This document shows, piece after piece, positions 1-8,502 of a DNA stretch of 64,000 bases. Origin of the DNA: Candidatus Latescibacterota bacterium (GTDB lineage Bacteria > Krumholzibacteriota > Krumholzibacteriia > WVZY01 > JAKEHA01); NCBI GenBank assembly GCA_963707635.1, contig OY970173.1:2240001-2304000 (forward strand), written 5' to 3'. The first letter of the stretch is position 1. Each line of letters begins with the position of its first letter. The notes beneath the pieces are model-generated. The model worked only from the letters and a program-made list of their open reading frames with translations. It was not told the origin of the DNA and did not search any database. Position numbers and translations under genes: made by a program.

Positions 1-65
1 ACCGGGTCCGCCGTGGCCGATCCGGCCGCCACAAAACGAGTCAATGTGTCGTGCATCCCACCCAT
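1..65 (-). CDS. 5' end of an unidentified gene running off the window (MGGMHDTLTRFVAAG...)
   Basis: GGAGGT SD at 71-76 (minus) followed by GTG/ATG at 68/65; frame open to the window edge. Confidence 0.45.
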   Translation of the reverse strand, partial: MGGMHDTLTRFVAAGSATADP

Positions 66-106
66 CACGCACCTCCCGTGTTCACCCGCGCCGATCGCGT
101 TCCGGC

Positions 107-1087
107 TCACCCCTTGAGAAGCCGCGCGATCGCGTGCACCAGCGCCTCGATCCCCTGCCCGGACACCGCCGAAATCGGAATGGTTCTCTCGTGCAGGCGC
201 AGGAGTTTCGCCTCCACTCCTTCCGTGCCACCGGGGAGCACGTCGCACTTGGTGAGCGCGAGAATGCTGGGGCGCTCCAGCAGCACCGGGTCGTGGTGCA
301 TGAGCTCGCCGCGCAGCATGTGGTATGCACCCTCCGGGTCGGGGTGCGCGACGTCGATCATGAACAGCAGCACGCGGCAGCGTTCGACGTGGCGGAGGAA
401 CTCCTTGCCCATGCCGCGCCCCCGGTGCGCGCCCTCGATCAGGCCGGGGATGTCGACCATCACGAATGACTCGTGCTCGCCGCTCCTCACGATGCCGAGC
501 ACCGGGGTGGTGGTCGTGAACGGGTAGTCGGCGACCTTGGGGTGGGCGGCGCTGATCGTGCTGATCAGCGTGGACTTGCCCGCGTTGGGTTCCCCTACCA
601 GCCCCACGTCCGCGATGAGCTTGAGGGTGATCTCCACTCGCCGCGCTTCGCCGTCGCCGCCGTGCGTGTACTGTCGGGGCGTCTGGTTGCTCGGGCTCTT
701 GAAGTGTTCGTTGCCGAGGCCCGGCTTCCCGCCACGGGCGATCACCATGCGGTCGCCGTCGTGCAGCAGCTCGCCCAGACGCTCCCCCGACTCCGCGTCC
801 CGGAGCTCGGTGCCCAGCGGAACGACGATCAACGCGTCGGCCCCGTCGGCGCCGGTCTGGAGTTTGCCTCTGCCGTGCTCGCCGCGGCCGCCGCGGTAGT
901 GCCGCTTATAATGGAGGTCGATCAGGGTGGTGATATCTCGCGACGCCGCGATCACCACGCTCCCGCCCCGCCCGCCGTTGCCCCCGTTGGGGCCGCCGCG
1001 CGGCGCAAACTTCTCGTGTCGAAATGACACGCATCCGTCCCCGCCGTCGCCGGCACGGACTTCCACGATTACATGGTCGATGAACAC
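107..1087 (-). CDS. obgE: GTPase ObgE/CgtA (short form, little C-terminal domain)
   Basis: Gly-rich Obg domain (GGDGCVSF..GGPNGGNGGRGG), G1 GEPNAGKS, YPFTT, DIPG, TKCD, SA motifs. Confidence 0.97.
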   Translation of the reverse strand: MFIDHVIVEVRAGDGGDGCVSFRHEKFAPRGGPNGGNGGRGGSVVIAASRDITTLIDLHYKRHYRGGRGEHGRGKLQTGADGADALIVVPLGTELRDAESGERLGELLHDGDRMVIARGGKPGLGNEHFKSPSNQTPRQYTHGGDGEARRVEITLKLIADVGLVGEPNAGKSTLISTISAAHPKVADYPFTTTTPVLGIVRSGEHESFVMVDIPGLIEGAHRGRGMGKEFLRHVERCRVLLFMIDVAHPDPEGAYHMLRGELMHHDPVLLERPSILALTKCDVLPGGTEGVEAKLLRLHERTIPISAVSGQGIEALVHAIARLLKG

Positions 1088-1201
1088 GCGCTCACCATCC
1101 CGGACACCACCGGAGGAAAAAGAAACGGGGGAGCCTCACGAAAAACAGCACGAGCGCTGGGAGGTAGGAGGTGAGAGGCTAGCAGACCGGGAGCGCCCGC
1201 G

Positions 1202-1717
1202 TCAACCGCCGCGGCGCGGCTTCCGGCGCCGGGCCCCGGCCCGGGAGTGCTTGGCGCGAAACGCCGCCAGCACCTGCGGGGGCACCAGGTGCGAGATGTC
1301 GCCGCCCAGCGCGAACACCTCGCGCACCAGCGAACTGTGCAGGTAGACGTACTGCTCGCTGGGCATGAGGAACACGGTTTCGAACCGGTCGTTCAACTTG
1401 CGGTTCATGAGGGCCATCATCAGCTCGTACTCGAAGTCGGATATGGCGCGCAGCCCGCGGATCACCACGTCGACCTTCTGGGTACGGAACTCGTCCGCGA
1501 GCAGCCCCTGGAAGCTCGTCACCGACACGTTGTCGACCGCACCGATGGACTGTCGCACCAGGCGCACGCGCTCGGCCAGGCTGAACGCGGCGCCCTTGCG
1601 CTTGGACTCCGCCACCGCGATCACGAGCTCGTCGAAGAGACGGCTCGCCCGGTGGATCAGGTCGACGTGCCCGTTGGTGATGGGGTCGAACGTCCCCGGG
1701 TAGAGAGCTCTTGCCAC
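1202..1717 (-). CDS. coaD: Phosphopantetheine adenylyltransferase
   Basis: YPGTFDPITNGHVD, IRGLRAISDFEYE, SSLVRE; GTG start at 1717 with AAGGGAG SD. Confidence 0.97.
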   Translation of the reverse strand: MARALYPGTFDPITNGHVDLIHRASRLFDELVIAVAESKRKGAAFSLAERVRLVRQSIGAVDNVSVTSFQGLLADEFRTQKVDVVIRGLRAISDFEYELMMALMNRKLNDRFETVFLMPSEQYVYLHSSLVREVFALGGDISHLVPPQVLAAFRAKHSRAGARRRKPRRGG

Positions 1718-1730
1718 GCTGGCCTCCCTT

Positions 1731-2318
1731 TCACTCCCCGTGCGGACGGGGGACGAAGTACGAGAGCGTCGTGTCGCCGAAGCGGCGGTCGCGCTCGAGG
1801 ACCATTCCGTCCGGCGGCGCCACCTCGACGCGCGTGCGGTGCTCGACGACCACCACGTCGAGGCGGGCAAATTCGGCCGCCCGCAGGCGCCGGATCACGT
1901 CGTCCGCGCCGCCGGCGTCGTAGGGCGGGTCGGCGAACACGATGGTCGCGTCCGCGAGCGGACACGGCGCCTGGTCCAGCACCGCGCCGACCGTGGCGCG
2001 ATGGATCCGATAGCGCGCCGGCTCCACCCCGAGGCGCGCGAGGTTGGTCTGCAGGCATTCGATCGCGTCCCGCCCGCTCTCGACGAAGTGGGCAAACCGG
2101 GCACCCCGGCTCAGCGCCTCGATGCCGACCGCGCCCGCGCCCGCATACAGGTCGGCGAATACCGCACCCGCCACCCGTTCTCCCAGGGAATCAAACAACG
2201 ATTCGCGGGTGCGCTGCGCGGTGGGACGAATCGCCGGCCCTGCGGGGTACGCAAGCGCGCGTCCCCTGAACGCCCCGGCCGATACCGTCACCGTGCGCGT
2301 TTGTGTTCGCTTGCCCAC
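1731..2318 (-). CDS. rsmD: 16S rRNA (G966-N2) methyltransferase RsmD family
   Basis: RPT..R.RESLF, DLYAGAGAVGIEALSRGA, DPPY; usual rsmD-coaD synteny. Confidence 0.92.
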   Translation of the reverse strand: MGKRTQTRTVTVSAGAFRGRALAYPAGPAIRPTAQRTRESLFDSLGERVAGAVFADLYAGAGAVGIEALSRGARFAHFVESGRDAIECLQTNLARLGVEPARYRIHRATVGAVLDQAPCPLADATIVFADPPYDAGGADDVIRRLRAAEFARLDVVVVEHRTRVEVAPPDGMVLERDRRFGDTTLSYFVPRPHGE

Positions 2319-2328
2319 ACGTCCGGTG

Positions 2329-2357
2329 ATTCTAACGTCGAGATTCGCCGGGGTCCA
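2329..2357 (-). promoter_or_regulatory. Candidate sigma-70 promoter for rsmD-coaD(-obgE), very short leader
   Basis: TGGACC-17nt-TAGAAT on minus strand, -10 ends 10 nt before the GTG start. Confidence 0.45.
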
Positions 2358-2447
2358 ATGCGAAACCAGAAGGGCGGGGGGCGCCGAGGCGAGGCCCCCG
2401 CCGGCGTCGTGCCGGCGGGGTGCGAGACGAAAGGACCGGCGGACAGA

Positions 2448-3374
2448 CTACTCGGAGCTGCTGCTGCGCTGGACGGCGGTGGAGACGTGGAAGCGCTGGA
2501 CGGCCTCGCCGCCGGTCGGGTCCGACACCCGCACCGCGACAGCGTAGTCGTTAGCGCCGTCGCTCGCTTCCGGGACCGTCCATTCGATGAGACCCCTGGC
2601 ATCCATGGTCATGCCGGCGGGCGCGTCGACCAACTCGTACTTGAGCGCTTTCGGATCGGGCGACGACACTGTGACCTGATAGACGAAGCGTCGACCGGGA
2701 TCGAGCGAGGTCGGCGGATTGGACGTAATGTCCGGAGCATTGCTCCCGATCTTGATGGGGTCCGATTTTAGCGGCGTCGACGAGTCGGTTCCGTCGCTGG
2801 CCGCGACCATCGCGAGCACGTTATCGCCCATCTGGAATCGCGACACATCGACGTTCGCGCCGGTTTCACCCGGCATTTCCCGGCCATTGCGGTACCACTG
2901 GTACGTGTAGCTAATGTCGTCCTGGTCGGCATCGACGGCGGAGACGTCGACGCGGATCACCGCGCTGGGCTCGGCCTGGAGGCTCGCCGACGCCGAAACC
3001 AGCCGGGGCCGGGTGTTCTGAATCCGAATCGAGGCCGTTCGCGCCGGCGCGGCGCCTTCGGCCACGACCACCTCGGCTTCGATCTCGTCGCCCTTCTTGA
3101 AGTGCTCGGGTGCGAGCGTCGTGGCGTTGACACCGCCGACTTCCGACCCGTTGACGAACCACCGGCACGACACCGGCGCCGGGTCCATCCGGTTCCGCCC
3201 CACGACCTGCACCAGCAGCGTGCTGTTGGCGTAGGCGCTGGTCGGCGTGATCACGACTTCGCCCGGCTTGGCCGCTTCCACCTGCACCGAAGCCGCGTGC
3301 TTGGACCGTCCGCTCATGGCGTAGATACCGCACGCGACCAGAACCACCGCGAGAATCCACCCGGCTCGTTTCAT
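2448..3374 (-). CDS. Membrane-anchored or secreted protein with two Ig-like repeats and a cadherin/He_PIG-like C-terminal domain
   Basis: N-terminal hydrophobic segment; repeated W(F/Y)xNGxExxG...FxxGDx(I/V) motif; NAPxITS...YELVDAPAGMTMD..GLIEW; GGAGGAG SD. Confidence 0.75.
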   Translation of the reverse strand: MKRAGWILAVVLVACGIYAMSGRSKHAASVQVEAAKPGEVVITPTSAYANSTLLVQVVGRNRMDPAPVSCRWFVNGSEVGGVNATTLAPEHFKKGDEIEAEVVVAEGAAPARTASIRIQNTRPRLVSASASLQAEPSAVIRVDVSAVDADQDDISYTYQWYRNGREMPGETGANVDVSRFQMGDNVLAMVAASDGTDSSTPLKSDPIKIGSNAPDITSNPPTSLDPGRRFVYQVTVSSPDPKALKYELVDAPAGMTMDARGLIEWTVPEASDGANDYAVAVRVSDPTGGEAVQRFHVSTAVQRSSSSE

Positions 3375-3399
3375 TTCGCTCCTCCCGATAAATCAATGC

Positions 3400-3427
3400 G
3401 GACGCTCCCCCGCGCGGGGGAGCGTCC
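3400..3427 (-). terminator. Perfect 28-bp palindrome, probable terminator or stabilising hairpin at the end of the minor-pilin operon
   Basis: GGACGCTCCCCCGC|GCGGGGGAGCGTCC, followed on minus strand by GCATTGATTTAT. Confidence 0.6.
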
Positions 3428-3465
3428 ACCGTGTGAGAACTCTCGGCAGCCGCCGAACCGCGGCG

Positions 3466-3867
3466 CTAGCGCGCCCGGCTCGGATCCGCCTCGACGTCGG
3501 GCAGCGTCGTCTCGGAATAGTCCTGAGACGACTCGGTCTCGGACACTATCACCGAGGTCGCGAACATCTTGCCCCTGCGCACGACGCCGCTCGCGTACAC
3601 GCCCGCCGACGTCACCACCGCTCCCTCGTCGAGGAAGCCGGTGCCGACCTGGTAGGGGCGTACGCCGTCGGCGATTTCGACCGACTCGGTGCCGAGCAAC
3701 ACGCTGCCGCTGAGCGCCCCGGAGTAGACCCCGGAGACGCTGAACTTGGTTGCCCGCACGGACCGTCCCCGTTCGGAGGGGATGCCCTTCGACGCGTGCG
3801 ACGGCCCGAACACGAGTCCCGCGGCGAGCGCGGCGAGGACGGCGATGCTAGTCTTTCTGTTTTTCAT
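3466..3867 (-). CDS. Small secreted beta-rich hypothetical protein directly after pilY1
   Basis: Signal peptide MKNRKTSIAVLAALAAGLVFGPSHA; GAGGTG SD; 17 nt from the pilY1 stop. Confidence 0.75.
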   Translation of the reverse strand: MKNRKTSIAVLAALAAGLVFGPSHASKGIPSERGRSVRATKFSVSGVYSGALSGSVLLGTESVEIADGVRPYQVGTGFLDEGAVVTSAGVYASGVVRRGKMFATSVIVSETESSQDYSETTLPDVEADPSRAR

Positions 3868-3884
3868 GCTGTTTCACCTCGGGT

Positions 3885-6119
3885 CTAGTACTGCTGCCGG
3901 TACGAACGCACGATGAGCGGCTTGATCTCACCCAGCGCGTCGCTGATGTGAATGCGCGTGTCGGCGCCCTGAACCAACACCTTTTCGTTGGCGATGTCGA
4001 TGACCGGGCGGGCGGCCGGGCCGTCCCCGATCTCCGTCGAGCGGGTGCCGACGGTATCGTTGGAATCGTCGTCGTCCCCGTCGTGCACCGCGCCGTTGCG
4101 GAACTTGACCGCGTACAGCCACGAGGTTCCACCGGCCTTGCACGGCTCGTCGTTGGGGGCGAACGAGATGAAGTACACGATCCCCGCCACCAGCGCGACC
4201 GGCTCGGTCACGCGCTCGCCGTCGAAGACGTTGAGATCGAAGTACCACCCGCGCGCGCCCGCCACATTGTTGACGGCGTCCGTCTGGTCGACCAGGTCGC
4301 CCTGGTCGAGCGTCTGGCCGCTGTGGTTGTCGATCACGCAGTAGAAGTTCTGGTCGCTGGTGTCACTCATGTCAGCCGGGTCGAGATACTTGCCCGTTCC
4401 GAAGTAGATGAACACCGAGTTGTCGTAGTCCACCGTGACCACCGGTTGGGCCGAGATGGGCTGCCCCGGTGTCTGGAAGAGCAGGCTCGTGCTCGGATTG
4501 TTTCCGGTCAGATCCACCCGCCACAGGTGACCCACCATGTCGGCCACGTACAGGAGGTCGTCGTAGCCGTCGAACTCGAGATCCACCGCCGTGCACGAGG
4601 TGGCCATGTTGGTGGTGTTGATGTCGCTCAGCGTGGTGGACCACACCGACGACCCGTCCGCCATGTCGAACCCGATCAGGTTGGCCTGTCCGCTGGCGTC
4701 GTAGCCCGAGCCGACGAAGGCCAGAAACCGGCCGTCGGACTTCATGCGCACGACCTCCGGAAGCGACCAGGACTCGATGACCTGGGAGAGGTTGTTCTCC
4801 CAGAGGAACTCCGGATTGAGCGGGTCGGTGACGTCGAGGGCAAAGTAGGCCGCGCCACCCTGCCGTTCCCCACCCAGCAGTACCGTCTTCCACTCTCCAC
4901 CCAGGTAGCAGTCGAACGCCTTGGGCGAGAGGTTGACGCTGTACTCGTGACAGTAACCCGGGTCGGCCAGCTCATCGAGATGATCGAGCTGATCGTGCGG
5001 GATGTACGCCCACAGTTCCTCGCCGGTCTCCGACGAGAAGCAGTGCACCATCCCGTCGTTGGCGCCCACGTAGAGGACGGGTTCTCGGTCCTCGAGCGCG
5101 TCGCGGAACGCCACGTAACTGTTCTGCATATAGAAAGACGACGGAGCGCCCACCGGCACCGGCGACGAATCGATGATGTCGCCGAGCAGCCAGCCCTCGC
5201 GATCGCGATACCCCGCCACCGTCTCGCCGCGCGTCCAGTTGATGACGTTGGTGGCGATGGCATCGCTGGCCACACCCATGGAGGGCCGAAGCGTGCTGGC
5301 GTACGTCGTCGTGAAGTCGACCTTCTGGCCATTCACCGAGGTGAAGATCGTGCGCGTGGACGGGGTCCGGTCGGCAAGGAGCTGCCCCGCCTCCCAGGCC
5401 GGCGCCTCGCCGTCCTGGTACGGAAGCTGGAATGCCTCGAGATAACCCTTCCAATCGCTCGGGGTGAACTTGCTGCGGTAGAGCTGGTCTTCCGCCTCGC
5501 CCTCGGTGGACACGACCGCCACCGCCGAGCCCGCGGAAATGCGGCTGACGATATCGCGGAGCACGCGGTCCAGGCTCTCGGCTATTTCGGCCGCGTTGTT
5601 GGCGCTGAAGTACGCGCCGTCGCCGGCGGCCGCGGTCTGGGCCAGCACGGGAGCGTCGATGTTCATGCCCACGCAGTACGTCACCACGTACTGGTCGCCG
5701 TCCATAACGTTGTCGGCGATCAGGTCGTTATCGTGCATGTAGCGCGCGACGTCGACCATGTAATCCGAACAATTATCCGAGTTCGGATTGGGCGCGCCGA
5801 GCTGCGAGCAGGAGGCGGGAACACCGTCGGTAAGATACGACGAGACATTGATGTCCTGCGTCGGGAAACCGTCGGTGGCCACGACCACGAAGTTCTTCTG
5901 ACACTCGTACTGGATGACGCCGGGCGTCTTGTAGTAGTCGAGGATGTCCTCCATGCTCTCGCCCAGCGGAGTCCACGATTCCGCGTGGATGTTGTTGACC
6001 GCGTTCGTGATGGTCGCGATGCTGGTTCCCAGCGCCGCGAGCCGCGTGCCGCCGTTGTCCCCGTTGAACTTGTACAGCCCGAAGCGGATCTTGGGGCTGG
6101 CGTTCGCCAGGATATGCAT
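3885..6119 (-). CDS. pilY1: PilY1/PilC type IV pilus tip adhesin, C-terminal part (second half of vWA plus beta-propeller); frameshifted from the N-terminal part
   Basis: LGDIIDSSP, YVGANDGMVHCF, GEELWAYIP, FALDVTDP, DLEFDGYDD Ca loop, GWYFDL..GERV; vWA VVATDG. Confidence 0.9.
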   Translation of the reverse strand: MHILANASPKIRFGLYKFNGDNGGTRLAALGTSIATITNAVNNIHAESWTPLGESMEDILDYYKTPGVIQYECQKNFVVVATDGFPTQDINVSSYLTDGVPASCSQLGAPNPNSDNCSDYMVDVARYMHDNDLIADNVMDGDQYVVTYCVGMNIDAPVLAQTAAAGDGAYFSANNAAEIAESLDRVLRDIVSRISAGSAVAVVSTEGEAEDQLYRSKFTPSDWKGYLEAFQLPYQDGEAPAWEAGQLLADRTPSTRTIFTSVNGQKVDFTTTYASTLRPSMGVASDAIATNVINWTRGETVAGYRDREGWLLGDIIDSSPVPVGAPSSFYMQNSYVAFRDALEDREPVLYVGANDGMVHCFSSETGEELWAYIPHDQLDHLDELADPGYCHEYSVNLSPKAFDCYLGGEWKTVLLGGERQGGAAYFALDVTDPLNPEFLWENNLSQVIESWSLPEVVRMKSDGRFLAFVGSGYDASGQANLIGFDMADGSSVWSTTLSDINTTNMATSCTAVDLEFDGYDDLLYVADMVGHLWRVDLTGNNPSTSLLFQTPGQPISAQPVVTVDYDNSVFIYFGTGKYLDPADMSDTSDQNFYCVIDNHSGQTLDQGDLVDQTDAVNNVAGARGWYFDLNVFDGERVTEPVALVAGIVYFISFAPNDEPCKAGGTSWLYAVKFRNGAVHDGDDDDSNDTVGTRSTEIGDGPAARPVIDIANEKVLVQGADTRIHISDALGEIKPLIVRSYRQQY

Positions 6120-6579
6120 TGACGGCCGCCTTCGCCACCTGGATACGGGTGAACCGCGGCACGGCGGCGCGCTGCGCCGTCGTGGCGTTGTAAAAGATCC
6201 AGTTCAGGTAGTTGCCGCTGTAGACCCCGTCCTCGCCCGCGTCGCTGTCGACCAGGTACACGGTCGGCGTGGTCTTGAGGCTGCTCTTGAAGCTGCGCGG
6301 GCTGTACGTCCCGTCGTTGGCCACGGTGTAGTCCGTGGTCCTGGTCAAGTTGCCACTGTAGTTGACCTTCGGGTTGTATGCGTCGTGGTACATCCCCTCG
6401 TTCATGCTGCCCGAGCTGTCGAGCAGAATGATGACGTTGGCGTCCACGGCACCCTGCTGGATGAACAGCGGATACTCGCACTCACCCGCGCGGGCGGGAG
6501 CCAGGCCACAGGCCGCAGCCATGATCCCCACCAGCGCGGAAATGACAAATCCCAGTCCGAACACATTGTGTTTACGCAT
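5773..6579 (-). CDS. pilY1: PilY1 N-terminal part (signal peptide plus first half of vWA); homology ends near 6120, remaining codons are out-of-frame read-through
   Basis: Signal peptide, NVIILLDSSGSM (MIDAS DxSxS), YSGNYLNW, TRIQVAKAAV. Confidence 0.8.
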   Translation of the reverse strand: MRKHNVFGLGFVISALVGIMAAACGLAPARAGECEYPLFIQQGAVDANVIILLDSSGSMNEGMYHDAYNPKVNYSGNLTRTTDYTVANDGTYSPRSFKSSLKTTPTVYLVDSDAGEDGVYSGNYLNWIFYNATTAQRAAVPRFTRIQVAKAAVNAYPGERQPQDPLRAVQVQRGQRRHAARGAGNQHRDHHERGQQHPRGIVDSAGREHGGHPRLLQDARRHPVRVSEELRGRGHRRFPDAGHQCLVVSYRRCSRLLLAARRAQSELG

Positions 6580-6581
6580 GT

Positions 6582-7043
6582 CTAATACCCCTGCTTGAAG
6601 AGTCTGCTCGCTTGGACTTCCAGCATTGCCGAGCTTTCCTTGGCACTCGCCCCTTCGGAGTCGATGGTATAGTCGAAGTCGCGAAACTCCTTGCTATAGC
6701 CGGGGCGAAACCGCACGCGATCGAACGCGATGTCGTACTTGTATTTGTTTTCCTCATAATTTCCAGAGCTATAGAGATCCGAATAGTCGGCCAGCGATTT
6801 CACGTTGTTGTCGGCGTCGATGGTCGCCGGCGCCTTGGCCAGGAGGCGAAGCCAGTTGATGGCCTCTTCCGTTCCTGCGTCCGACGCGTTGAACGAGCGC
6901 GTGTGCGTATACTCGTTGTGCGCGATGCGCTTCTCCGAGGTGGCCACCATCGCGATGACGGCGGCGGCCACGGTGAGCCCGGTGATGAAGAACAGCGCGG
7001 TCACCAGCGCGCTACCCCTGTCGTTTCGAGTCATGAGCGACAT
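6582..7043 (-). CDS. pilX: PilX-like minor pilin
   Basis: RG|SALVTAL class III signal lacking E5; SFNASDAGTEEA PilX-N motif; AAGGAG SD. Confidence 0.8.
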   Translation of the reverse strand: MSLMTRNDRGSALVTALFFITGLTVAAAVIAMVATSEKRIAHNEYTHTRSFNASDAGTEEAINWLRLLAKAPATIDADNNVKSLADYSDLYSSGNYEENKYKYDIAFDRVRFRPGYSKEFRDFDYTIDSEGASAKESSAMLEVQASRLFKQGY

Positions 7044-7067
7044 AAACCTACTCCTTGGCGCTTCTGT

Positions 7068-7670
7068 CTAGTCGTTGCGCAGCGTCACGCGCGTGTCCGC
7101 GGTAACCTCGCCGCCGCGGTCGGTTTGTGTGGTCAGCGTGATGCCGATCGACTTGACGCGGTCCAGGTCGGCGGCGGCGATCGGTGTTGCCAGCGGCTGA
7201 TCGGTCGCGTCGAAATACGTGAACGAAAAACTGGACACGTTTCGGATCATGACCTGCGGACCCGTCCCGGGGTCGCGAATGACCGCCTGCTGGCCGGCGT
7301 CGTAGTAGTAGAGGACGTTTTCCGAAGGCTCTACCGTTTCGATGGCGCGGTCGCCGTCGTAGTCCGCCTGTACGTGCGCGCTGTCCGCCTTCGCTGCGAG
7401 CAGCGGCGCGAAACCCGCAAGTCCGGGGTCACACCCGGCCGTCCGCAGCTCGGTGACCATGACCGAGAGTCCGACGCGCGCGTTCATCTGCTGGCCCGCC
7501 CGCACTGCGGTTGTGCCGTAGAGACGGTTGGAGGAGAAGAACACGCCGTTCAAGACCGCCAGCACAATCCCGAAGATCATTACGGCCATGATGAGCTCGA
7601 CGAGCGTCACGCCCTTTTCGCCCAACCGGGCGAGGCCGCTTCCGTGGCATATGGTTGATTTCTTGTTCAT
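7068..7670 (-). CDS. pilW: PilW-like minor pilin
   Basis: KG|VTLVELIMAVMIFGIV; QQ.AR..L..M..ELR.AG; C-terminal VTLRN; ATG overlaps the pilV TGA. Confidence 0.8.
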   Translation of the reverse strand: MNKKSTICHGSGLARLGEKGVTLVELIMAVMIFGIVLAVLNGVFFSSNRLYGTTAVRAGQQMNARVGLSVMVTELRTAGCDPGLAGFAPLLAAKADSAHVQADYDGDRAIETVEPSENVLYYYDAGQQAVIRDPGTGPQVMIRNVSSFSFTYFDATDQPLATPIAAADLDRVKSIGITLTTQTDRGGEVTADTRVTLRND

Positions 7671-8044
7671 CGCATCGACAACCGGTTGATGACTGCTATG
7701 CTCATGGGCCGGCCACGCTCGGTCCAGTTGACCGTGACGGTGACCTGGTCGAGCCCCAGGGAAACGTTCTGCACGCTTTGTATCCATTGATAGTTGCCGA
7801 CAACTCCCGTGTCGGTAGCCGCAACCCCGAAGCCCAACGTCTTCGCGGTCTCCATCTGGAGCTGGGCCAGCGCGAGAGCCTCGGTCTGGCGCCCCGAATC
7901 GACCACTTCCTGCTGCGCCCGCGTCTGTACGAAGGCGAGCGGCAGCAATCCGATCGCCAGGACGACGAGCACCACCATCAGCTCGACGAGGCTGAAACCG
8001 CGCTCGTCGCCCTGCCGAATCATGCGGGAATGATCAGTACGCAT
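7667..8044 (-). CDS. pilV: PilV-like minor pilin
   Basis: RG|FSLVELMVVLVVLAIGLL; ALALAQLQME; VTVTVNW. Confidence 0.8.
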   Translation of the reverse strand: MRTDHSRMIRQGDERGFSLVELMVVLVVLAIGLLPLAFVQTRAQQEVVDSGRQTEALALAQLQMETAKTLGFGVAATDTGVVGNYQWIQSVQNVSLGLDQVTVTVNWTERGRPMSIAVINRLSMR

Positions 8045-8471
8045 GTTCGACCGATCCGGTGGGGAGCACGCTGACGCCCTTGGTTCCGGCGTTGCCGGAC
8101 ATGGTGATGTTGGCGGCATCCGAGAGTCCCCACGCGTAGAAGTTCGGATTCACGTCGGCCGCGAAGGCGACCCCGCTGGGCGCCGTAATGGTCCGGACCA
8201 CGCTGCCGTCCGACGTATCCACGATGCTGTACGAGTCCGGCTGGAACTGCATTGAGAAGGTCCGCCGGTTCGAGATGGCCAGCGACCGCGCGTAGTAGAT
8301 GTCGGCGATCATCTGGTTGCGTGCTCCGTCCAGGCGGGTCCGTTTGAGGTAGCCCGAGAACGCCGGAACCGCGATCGCGGTCATGATCCCGATGACGGCG
8401 ACCACCACCATGATCTCGGTGAGCGTGTATCCCGCTCGCCCCAAATTGCCAGACTTCGGACGCATACTCAT
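8034..8471 (-). CDS. fimT: FimT/FimU (GspH-like) minor pilin
   Basis: AG|YTLTEIMVVVAVIGIMTAIAVP; ADIYYARSLAI; C-terminal VSVLPTGSV. Confidence 0.82.
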   Translation of the reverse strand: MSMRPKSGNLGRAGYTLTEIMVVVAVIGIMTAIAVPAFSGYLKRTRLDGARNQMIADIYYARSLAISNRRTFSMQFQPDSYSIVDTSDGSVVRTITAPSGVAFAADVNPNFYAWGLSDAANITMSGNAGTKGVSVLPTGSVEHAY

Positions 8472-8486
8472 CACGGGCTGGGTCGC

Positions 8487-8502
8487 TGCAAGCGATGTGC
8501 CA
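8487..8502 (-). promoter_or_regulatory. Sigma-54 -24/-12 promoter, minor pilin/pilY1 operon
   Basis: TGGCAC-ATCGC-TTGCA, exact consensus (GG-N10-GC), intergenic. Confidence 0.85.

Noticed and set aside
1088..1200. 6S RNA or tRNA in the coaD-obgE gap
   Set aside because: Too short for a typical 6S RNA and no cloverleaf; kept only as a candidate cis-element
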